This document shows, one piece after another, positions 1-7,085 of a stretch of 10,632 nucleotides of DNA (the first letter of the stretch is position 1; each line of letters begins with the position of its first letter). The stretch spans positions 1-10,632 of the forward strand of contig NW_021827167.1 in assembly GCF_006345805.1 (NCBI RefSeq), given 5' to 3'. The notes beneath the pieces are model-generated. The model did no database searches. It was not told the DNA's origin and was given only the letters and a program-made list of their open reading frames with translations. A program made the translations under genes and the position numbers. This DNA is from Octopus sinensis (taxonomy: Eukaryota).

Positions 1-67
1 TTGTGTGTGTGTATGTATGTGTGTATGTGTGTGTGTGTGTGTGTGTAAATGTGTGTGTTGTATATAT

Positions 68-106
<39 letters not shown>

Positions 107-112
107 TATATG
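1..112. repeat. (TG)n then (TA)n compound microsatellite
   Basis: Directly visible dinucleotide runs. Confidence 0.95.
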
Positions 113-211
113 TAGGTATTTATATGCACATAAAGATAATGTAACTTGATCTTTTAATTACTTTCCATTTTGCGTATTTATTAATAAATAGTTCAAGGTT
201 GTTTAGTATAG

Positions 212-219
212 ACACACAG

Positions 220-268
<49 letters not shown>

Positions 269-274
269 CACAAA
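212..274. repeat. (CA)n microsatellite
   Basis: Directly visible. Confidence 0.95.
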
Positions 275-314
275 CAGGAACCTAAGTACGTCTATGTATA
301 AGTGTGTGTATATA

Positions 315-525
315 TTCTTGTATTCTTTTATTTGTTTCAGTTATTTGACTGCGGCCATGCCGGAGCACCGCCTTTTGTCGGACAAATCGTCTCCAGGACT
401 TATTATTTGTAAGCCTAGTACTTATTCTATCGGTGTCTTAGGCTGAACCGCTCAGTTACGCAGACGTAAACATACCAGTATCGGTTGTCAAGCAGAGATA
501 CATACATACGTACCTATATATATAT

Positions 526-562
<37 letters not shown>

Positions 563-705
563 TACGACCGGGCTTCTTTCAGTTTCCGTCTACCAAATCC
601 ACTCACAAGGCATTTGTCGGCCCGAGGCTATGGTAGAAGACACACAGTGAGACTGAACCCGGAACCATGTGGTTGGGAAGCAAGCGTCTTACCACACAGC
701 CATTC
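315..705 (-). mobile_element. Bipartite tRNA-derived SINE, copy 1 (head 563-705, (TA)n linker, tail module 315-493)
   Basis: 563-705 is the reverse complement of the head at 2187-2348 and co-linear with 5036-5190, apart from a deletion at ~643. 315-493 aligns with 4800-4972. On the minus strand the head has A-box-like TGGCTGTGTGG and B-box-like GGTTCAGTC motifs. Confidence 0.85.
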
Positions 706-729
706 ACATGTATAAATTTATACAGATGT

Positions 730-1008
730 ATGACTATATGTGTGTGCGTATGTGTGTGTGTGTGTGTGCGTGTGTGTGTGCGTATGTGTGTGTGTGTGTG
801 TGTGTTTTGTCCGTCAACGCACAGCCGTCAAATGCTGACACTTATATATACTCACTTTACGTATAAACCGCGCATACACACATTATATACAAACACACAC
901 ACACACACACACATACAGATGCAACACACATAAAAATATTATATACGCATACATACGTACACACAAACATACACACACACACACACACTCACTCACTCAC
1001 TCACACAC
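730..1008. repeat. Mixed (TG)n/(CA)n/(CTCA)n microsatellites with short spacers
   Basis: Directly visible. Confidence 0.85.
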
Positions 1009-1151
1009 CTAGACTAGATTTTTACCTGTTTCCATGACATTGCCATCGATAAATCTACACTTGATGCTTGCTGTCAAGGGATCGAATTACACCCGAAATA
1101 CCTGTACATCTTAACCCAGTTTCATTGTGTTAATCATCGTCAGGGCGTGCT

Positions 1152-1152
<1 letters not shown>

Positions 1153-1192
<40 letters not shown>
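1153..1192. repeat. (CA)n microsatellite
   Basis: Directly visible. Confidence 0.95.
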
Positions 1193-1194
<2 letters not shown>

Positions 1195-1289
1195 CAGACG
1201 AAAATAGTCTGAGACGAATTCGCCGCCGTTGCCATGCACACCCCGCGAACACGAAGACAGACGTACACGCCCCTTTAATTACATACACA

Positions 1290-1592
1290 GGCATACATAT
1301 AAATATATATGTGTGTGTGTGTGTGTATGAGTGCATGCGCGTAAGTATATATAAAAATATATATGTATGTGTATATATATATGTGTATATATATATATAT
1401 ATATGTATGCATGTATGTATGTATATATATATGTATGTATGCATGTATGTATGTATATATATATGCGTCTCTCTGTCTCTCTTTCTCTCTGTCTCTCTTT
1501 CTCTCTCTCTCTTCCTCTCTCTCTCTCGTCTTTCTTCTCTCTCCTCTCTCTCTCTCTCTCATATATAATATATATGTATATATATATATATA

Positions 1593-1646
<54 letters not shown>

Positions 1647-1730
1647 ACTATCTCTCTCTCTATATCTATAATAATATTTATTGTATCATCTATCTATCAT
1701 CTATCTACTATCTATCTATCTATCTATCTA

Positions 1731-1820
<90 letters not shown>

Positions 1821-1822
1821 AT
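1290..1822. repeat. Compound microsatellite block: (TG)n, (TA)n, (TATG)n, (CT)n, (TCTA)n, (TA)n
   Basis: Directly visible; accounts for the Y/I/C/V/S/L-rich ORFs here. Confidence 0.95.
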
Positions 1823-1907
1823 ACAAAGGTGAAATTAATTAATTAAGAAGTAATCAGTAATTTCACCAAGTAGAATTCGGCATGAATTTCACCAAGTAAT
1901 TTAGTAA

Positions 1908-2142
1908 TATATATATATGTATATAATATATATATGGAAAGAGAGAGAGCGAGAGAGAGAGAGAGTGAGAGAGAGAGAAAGAGGGAGAGATTTGTTTTTA
2001 CATATATATACCGAATATTGTGCACACACGCATACATGCGCGCTTTCGCTGCAGGAAACACAGATGCGGGCAGCAACATCAAACTCCCTCATTCTTCAAA
2101 TATCACGGGCTAAAAGTAAATAAAAATAATATATATATATTA

Positions 2143-2175
<33 letters not shown>

Positions 2176-2185
2176 ATATATATTA
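1908..2185. repeat. (TA)n and (GA)n tracts flanking a short unique spacer
   Basis: Directly visible. Confidence 0.8.
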
Positions 2186-2186
2186 T

Positions 2187-2348
2187 CGCTTGGAGTGGCT
2201 GTGAGGTAAGTATCTTGCTTACCAACCACATGGTTCCGGGATCAATCCCACTGCGTGGCATCTTGGGCAAGTGTCTTCTACTATAGCATCGGGCTGACCA
2301 AAGCCTTGTGAATGGATTTGGCAGACGGAATCTGAAAGAAGCCCGTCG
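2187..2348 (+). mobile_element. Bipartite tRNA-derived SINE, copy 2, head module
   Basis: A-box-like TGGCTGTGAGG (2196-2206) and B-box-like GGATCAATCCC (2239-2249). CTTGGGCAAGTGTCTT resembles the CORE-SINE motif known from MIR. Ends in GAAAGAAGCCCGTCG. Reverse-complement match to 563-705 and 5036-5190. Confidence 0.88.
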
Positions 2349-2526
2349 TATATACGTATATATATATAGAGAGAGAGAGTGGTTGTATACTGTCAACTTA
2401 ACGTGACAGTACCGTATGGGAATTACACCACCGCTGTTTAGCCCTAGGAAGCATCGAACGCTTCCTGTCAGCTTTGACACATTTCCTGTGTCCTTATATT
2501 TGTGAAGGGGAGGCAAGCACCCCCAA

Positions 2527-2604
2527 CAGCCAAGATTCACTCCTGAGGACATGCATGTTTCTGGGTCTTAACCCGTCATCAGCCCAGGATAGTGAGATCT
2601 GCTG
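2527..2604 (-). ncRNA. Type I hammerhead ribozyme motif (core 2541-2589)
   Basis: Minus-strand read: UCCUGGG-CUGAUGA-C-GGGU-UAAG-ACCC-A-GAAA-CAUGCAU-GUC-CUCAGGA. CUGAUGA is at 2582-2576 and GAAA at 2561-2558, with the GUC cleavage triplet at 2550-2548. Stem I is 7 bp and extends past a UA bulge. Stem II is 4 bp, closed by a C.A mismatch. Stem III is short and palindromic. Confidence 0.8.
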
Positions 2605-2693
2605 ACTGAGGTGCCCGTCCAGCCTTCACAAATATATCTATTTACAGTGAAATCTATTCACTGGTTACCGTAATCAGAAATATTAAGTATGTA

Positions 2694-2795
2694 TCCCCCA
2701 AACATCACTTGATAACCGATAGTGGTGGGTTTACGTCCCAGTAACTTGGCAGTTTGGCGAAAGAGACCGATCGAATAAGTACTAGCTTGCAAAAA
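2694..2795 (+). mobile_element. Bipartite SINE copy 2, partial tail module
   Basis: CCCCCAAACATCACTTGATAACCGAT...TTTACGTCCC...GAGACCGATCGAATAAGTACTAG is the reverse complement of ~4895-4985 and ~415-493. It is truncated at about 2795. Confidence 0.75.
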
Positions 2796-2938
2796 ATAAT
2801 CCTTTCTGCCACAAGCACAAGGCCCGAAATTTTAGCGGAAGGTGTTTGTTCGATGACATCGATGTTTGTAATTGTTCGATGCTTATTTCGTCGACTCCGA
2901 AAAGATGAAAGGCAAAATCGACCTCGGTGGTATTTGAA
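2796..2938 (-). mobile_element. Older, diverged SINE family-2 copy, 3' portion (continues at 3361-3449)
   Basis: GATGAAAGGCAAAATCGACCTCGGTGGTATTTGAA matches 5920-5955 and 6097-6132. The tail AATAATCCTTTCT...ACAAGGCCCGAAAT matches the reverse complement of 4752-4784. Confidence 0.75.
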
Positions 2939-3360
2939 ATTAGGGCGGCGAGCTGGCAGAATCTTTAGGACGCCGGGCGAAATGTGTAGCCGAATTTCGT
3001 CTGCCGTTACGTTCTGAGTTCAAATTCCACCGAGGTTCACTTTGTCTTTCATCCTTTCGGGGTCGATTAAATAAGTACCAGTTACGCACTAGGGTCGATA
3101 TAATCAACTTAATCCGTTTGTCTGTCCTTATTTGTTCTCTCTGTGTTTATCCCCTTGTGGGTAGTAAAGAAATAGATATTTTGTCTGTCTTTACGTTCTG
3201 AGTTCAAATTCCGCCGAGGTCGACTTTGCCTTTCATCTTTTCGGGGTTGATTAAACTAAGAACCAATTACGCACTAGGGTCGATCTAATCGACTTAATCC
3301 GTTTGTCTGTTCTTGTTTGTCCTCTCTGTGTTTAGCCCCTTGTGAGCAATAAAAAAAATA
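2939..3360 (+). mobile_element. Tandem dimer of SINE family 2 (~184-bp period) flanked by a 10-bp TSD
   Basis: tRNA-like head GGCGGCGAGCTGGCAGAATC with B-box-like GAGTTCAAATTCC. The core GCCTTTCATCCTTTCGGGGTCGAT..AATAAGTACCAG occurs twice, and TACGTTCTGAGTTCAAATTCC is at 3008 and 3192. GGTATTTGAA flanks the dimer at 2929-2938 and 3361-3370. Confidence 0.85.
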
Positions 3361-3449
3361 GGTATTTGAACTCAGAATGTAAAGAACCGGAAGAAACGTT
3401 GTTGAGTATTTTGTCTGGTGTGTTAACGATTCTACCAGCTGAGCGCCTT
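3361..3449 (-). mobile_element. Older SINE family-2 copy, head portion
   Basis: TTTGAACTCAGAATGT...TTAACGATTCTACCAGCTGAGCGCCTT matches the head at 6125-6205 in diverged form and resumes exactly where 2796-2938 stops. Confidence 0.75.
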
Positions 3450-4199
3450 GAGCCATACAAAAATAATACTTTGGAAAAAAAAACGAAGTTCTCCATCGCT
3501 TGCACGATTGATATCTGTTCGAAATGGTCTGGCAGTTACAACTTCCCACTTTCCACGTCAGGGAATGAACAAGTATAAAAAGAAGAAGACCGTAGTGTGG
3601 AGATCAAAAGAGATAAAAACTTATCTGATACAGCTTATGAAATGTTTAACATCTTCAGATGTAAAAGGCGATCGCTTAGTTGATGCAATATTTTAATATG
3701 TAACACGAGAAACCAGAGAGTCTGTAGAAGAAATTAAGGGAAGAGAATTAGTTCGAAGCGACATCAGATTATTAGTTTATTATATAAAAAAAATCTTAGT
3801 GGAGGAGGGGTAAGATACTATTAAAAGTGTTTTTTAATGGAGGAAAAAAATACATTCCATGAATTTCTGGGCTTTATTTAACATTCCAGACTTTAATTAA
3901 CTTCATCTTCAATTTTATACTGTAATGTCTTTCTTCATAATTCATATCTAATTAACAAGTTTACCAGTTTAGTCTCATGCTGAAAATTTTTCAAAAGGAT
4001 GAAATAGTACCATATGATTACCCCAAACTAGAAAGTGTTATAACAATAAACATTAAAATCTGATATATATATATATGCTTTCGGTGCGAATGGTTTATAT
4101 ATATATATATGCACACACACAGATGCAGAAAGTAAATAGACACCTTTAATTTTCAAAATTTCTGATCTAAGTGTCTTAATATGTTTTCAGTGTTGTAGA

Positions 4200-4213
4200 A
4201 TTTTTCATTCCAG
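4200..4213 (+). promoter_or_regulatory. Candidate 3' splice acceptor upstream of the transposase ATG
   Basis: TTTTTTCATTCCAG|G: a polypyrimidine tract plus CAG, 34 nt before the ATG. Confidence 0.35.
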
Positions 4214-4247
4214 GTGCCATTATATTAAACATTTGCGAAGAGTAACC

Positions 4248-4535
4248 ATGCCCTGCACAAAAAATTCAGCACAACTGTCAGATTTTCAAAGAGGTTGTAT
4301 TGTTGGGCAATGTGAGGCTGGTCTTTACCAGAGAAAAATTGCCGAAAATCTTCAAATTCCTCTTGCTACTGTTAATAGAATTATAGTGCAATTCAAAAGC
4401 CAAGGAAAAGAATCAACAGATTCTCGTCCCGGCCGACCTGGGCCCTCAGAAAGGAAGCTTCGCTGTTTGAAGAGAATTGTGGAAAACGAACCCCGTTCGA
4501 AGGCTTCTGACATTGTAAAACAACTAGAAGTTTGA
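4248..4535 (+). CDS. Tc1-like transposase N-terminal paired-like HTH DNA-binding region only (95 aa); no DDE catalytic domain
   Basis: MPCTKNSAQLSDFQRGCIVGQCEAGLYQRKIAENLQIPLATVNRIIVQFKSQG...SRPGRPGPSERKLRCLKRIV... shows the typical Tc1 pattern LSDFxRGxIVG, then helix-turn-helix, then the GRP linker, then the start of the second HTH. ATG at 4248, TGA at 4533-4535. Expression is unknown. Confidence 0.75.
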   Translation: MPCTKNSAQLSDFQRGCIVGQCEAGLYQRKIAENLQIPLATVNRIIVQFKSQGKESTDSRPGRPGPSERKLRCLKRIVENEPRSKASDIVKQLEV

Positions 4536-4554
4536 TATTAACCAATTAATATCA

Positions 4555-4560
4555 AATAAA
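4555..4560 (+). promoter_or_regulatory. Candidate polyadenylation signal AATAAA
   Basis: It lies 20 nt after the stop codon and just inside the right TIR. The region is AT-rich, so chance occurrence is possible. Confidence 0.35.
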
Positions 4561-4590
4561 AGACTTTGAAAATTAAAAGTGTCTTTACTA

Positions 4591-4784
4591 CCCCCTTGTG
4601 GGTAGTAAAGAAATAGGTATTCCGTTTGTCTTTATGTTCTGAGTTCAAATTTGGCCGAGGTCAACTTTGCCTTTCATCCTTTCGGGGTCGATAAATTAAG
4701 TACCAGTTGCGTACTGAGGTTGACATAATCGACTGGGCCCCCTCCCGAAAGATTTCGGGCCTTGTGCCTAGAATAGAAAAGGAT
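4591..4784 (+). mobile_element. SINE family-2 multimer fragment (end of one unit's tail fused to a headless unit with an alternative tail)
   Basis: CCCCTTGTGGGTAGTAAAGAAATAG matches 3151-3175, followed by the core GCCTTTCATCCTTTCGGGGTCGATAAATTAAGTACCAG and the tail ATTTCGGGCCTTGTGCCTAGAATAGAAAAGG. Confidence 0.82.
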
Positions 4785-5190
4785 ACTCTTTACTTTTTTT
4801 ACTCTTTTACTTGTTTCAGTCATTTGACTGCGGCCATGCTGGAGTACCGCCTTTAGTCGAGCAAATCGACCCCGGGACTTATTCTTTGTAAACCCAGTAC
4901 TTATTCTATCGGTGTCTTTTGCCGAACCGCTAAGTAACGGGGACGTAAACACACCAGCATCGGTTGTCAAGCAATGCTAGGGGGACAAACACAGACACAA
5001 ACACATACACTCACACACATATATATACATATATACGACGGGCTTCTTTCAGTTTCCGTCTACCAAATCCACTCACAAGGCATTGGTCGGCCCGGGGCTA
5101 TAGCAGAAGTCACTTGCCCAAGATGCCACGAAGTGGGACTGAACCCGGAACCATGTGGCTGGTTAGCAAGCTACTTACCACACAGTCACT
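4784..5190 (-). mobile_element. Bipartite tRNA-derived SINE, copy 3 (most complete; head 5036-5190, short CA/TA linker, tail module 4784-5010)
   Basis: Co-linear with 315-705. Ends (minus strand) in a short AGAGTAAA-like repeated tail. Confidence 0.88.
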
Positions 5191-5656
5191 ATGTATATTT
5201 ATATATATTAACGCTTTATATATTTTTCGTATTCCTTGATTATAAATTCAAATTTCTAAACGGCCTCACGCTGTCACCTTCCTTTGTATTAATCACAAGT
5301 GTAAACAATAAATGATGACGTAAGAAGATATATGAGTAATTCAGCGAGTTAAAATATTTTATTTTTATAAGTAAGGAGTGGCAATGGCCGTAATATTTTA
5401 AAGTCTTCTTTCTGCTCGGAGTCACGAGATTGGTGTTGCTCAGACACAAAGAACCTGAATATTTTGCAGGTCAAACATGGGCCAAAGCTTATTTGAACTA
5501 TCAAAAGAAATAAATGCATTATTTTACACAAATGTAGATGGACTAGAAATAAAACAAACAAGAAGAAAATAAGAAAGAGTTCTGTGATCTCATATCTCAT
5601 TTTTATTCATTCTTCATCTGGTGTCCGTTATTAAAATTTGACCGTGAATGAATATA

Positions 5657-5799
5657 TTGCCTTCAAATTTTTGCTCAAGGTCAGCAATTTTGGGGTTTAG
5701 GGGCGGGTAAGTTGATTACATCGACCCCAGTACACAACTGGTACTTATTTTATTGACCCTTAAAGGATGAAAGGCAAAGTCAATCTTCGCGGAATTTGA
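5657..5799 (-). mobile_element. 5'-truncated SINE family-2 copy with a 16-bp TSD
   Basis: Core GACCCCAGTACACAACTGGTACTTATT...GGATGAAAGGCAAAGTC. The exact direct repeat ACCGTGAATGAATATA is at 5641-5656 and 5800-5815. Confidence 0.8.
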
Positions 5800-5815
5800 A
5801 CCGTGAATGAATATA

Positions 5816-6205
5816 CTCTTTTCTAATTTAGACACACGGCCCGAAATTTTTTGGGAGGGGGCCAGTCGATTGTATCGACCCCAGTACTCAGCTGGTACTT
5901 AATTTATCGACCTCGAACGGATGAAAAGCAAAGTCGACCTCGGCGGAATTTGAACTCAGAACGTAGCGGTAGACGAAATACCACAAAGCATTTCGCCCGG
6001 TAGTCTAACATTTCTTATTTCTTTATTGTCCACAAGGGTAAGTCGATTAGATCGACCCCAGTGCGTAACTGGTACTTATATAATCGACCCCGAAAGGATG
6101 AAAGGCAAAGTCGACCTCGGTGGAATTCGAACTCAGAACGTAGCGGCAGACGAACTACCGCTAAGCATTTCGCCCAGCGTGCTAACGTTTCTGCCAGCTC
6201 GCTGT
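5816..6205 (-). mobile_element. Tandem dimer of SINE family 2 (head unit 6016-6205, second unit 5816-6015)
   Basis: Two copies of GGATGAAA(A/G)GCAAAGTCGACCTCGG(C/T)GGAATT(T/C)GAACTCAGAACGTAGCGG (5919-5969 and 6096-6146). The head is the reverse complement of 2942-3030. Confidence 0.85.
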
Positions 6206-6359
6206 TTTTGGTGGTGATTACGGTACACACAGGTAACAAGAGATGCCACCCAGTTGATAATACAACATGGAAACAGTAAACACAACAGCAAAACAAAAAC
6301 AGAATGAAAAATAGGATAGAGATACTCATATCAGAAGAACAGGCTGACATTTGGGTTCG

Positions 6360-6384
6360 CTCTCTTTCTTTCTATTTACTATTC

Positions 6385-6430
<46 letters not shown>

Positions 6431-6777
6431 GTATTTCTTTCTTTCTTTTTCTTTTCTTTCTTTCTTTCCTTCTTTCTTTCTTTCTTTCCTTTCTTCTTTT
6501 CTTTTTTCTTCGTTCTTCTTTCTTTCTTATTTCTTTCTTTTCCTCCTTCTTTATTTTCCTTCTCTTTTCGTTTTTTCTTTATTTCCTTTTTCCTTTCTTT
6601 CTTCCTTTTTCCTTTCTTTCTTTTCTTTATTTCCTTTTTCTTTCCTTTCTTTTCTTTTTCTTTTCTTTAAATTTCCCCTTTATAATTCTTCTTCTTTATT
6701 ATTTTCCTTTTTTTTTCCTTTTTCCTTTCCTTTCTTCTTTCTTTCGTTCTTTCTTTCTTTCTTTCGCACTTTTCTTC

Positions 6778-6835
<58 letters not shown>

Positions 6836-6972
6836 CTGATAGCTATCTATTCTATCTATCTATCTATATCTATCTAATTATCTATCCTATCTATCTATCT
6901 ATCTATCTATCCATCCATCCATCTATCAATCTATCTATCAATCTATCTGTCTTTCTTTCTCTCTTTCCTCTT

Positions 6973-7019
<47 letters not shown>

Positions 7020-7085
7020 TATTTTGTCTGTCTATCTATCTGTCTTCCTTCCTTCCTTCCTTCCTTCCCTCTTTTTCCTCCGTTT
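6360..7085. repeat. Polypyrimidine (TTTC)n-like tract, then (TCTA)n, (CT)n, (TTCC)n
   Basis: Directly visible; source of the F/S/L-rich ORFs. Confidence 0.95.

Larger units (their letters stand above)
4120..4589 (+). mobile_element. Internally deleted Tc1/mariner-family DNA transposon (~470 bp)
   Basis: Inverted repeat AGACACCTTTAATTTTCAAA (4138-4157) / TTTGAAAATTAAAAGTGTCT (4565-4584) matches 19/20. The left end CAGATGCAGAAAGTAAATAGACACC has a Tc1-type TIR layout and lies in a TA/CA tract. It encloses a transposase N-terminal ORF. The outer part of the right TIR is missing. Confidence 0.8.

Noticed and set aside
1018-1212. Stop-free frame IFTCFHDIAIDKSTLDACCQGIELHPKYLYILTQFHCVNHRQGVL after an AG
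   Set aside because: No polypyrimidine tract, no convincing donor, it runs into (CA)n, and I recognise no homology. A tBLASTn or RNA-seq check would be needed.
2187-2260. tRNA gene
   Set aside because: The A/B boxes are degenerate, there is no complete cloverleaf, and it continues directly into a repeated SINE body. It is a tRNA-derived head, not a tRNA.
485-2552. Multiple ORFs rich in Y/I, C/V, H/T, S/L, R/E
   Set aside because: They are translations of dinucleotide and tetranucleotide microsatellites and SINE sequence, which are stop-poor by composition. No protein family signal.
2601-2625. Plus-strand CTGACTGA as an opposite-polarity hammerhead core
   Set aside because: Wrong spacing, and no downstream stem II-GAAA or stem III.
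3342-3696. ORFs of 78 and 82 aa
   Set aside because: They start in SINE or poly-A sequence and show no recognisable domain; this length is expected by chance.
5349-5600. Minus-strand 83-aa ORF or possible terminal exon
   Set aside because: Weak acceptor context and no recognisable homology.
2939-6205. CRISPR-like repeat-spacer array
   Set aside because: The recurring segments are dispersed SINE cores in both orientations without regular unique spacers, and the context is eukaryotic.
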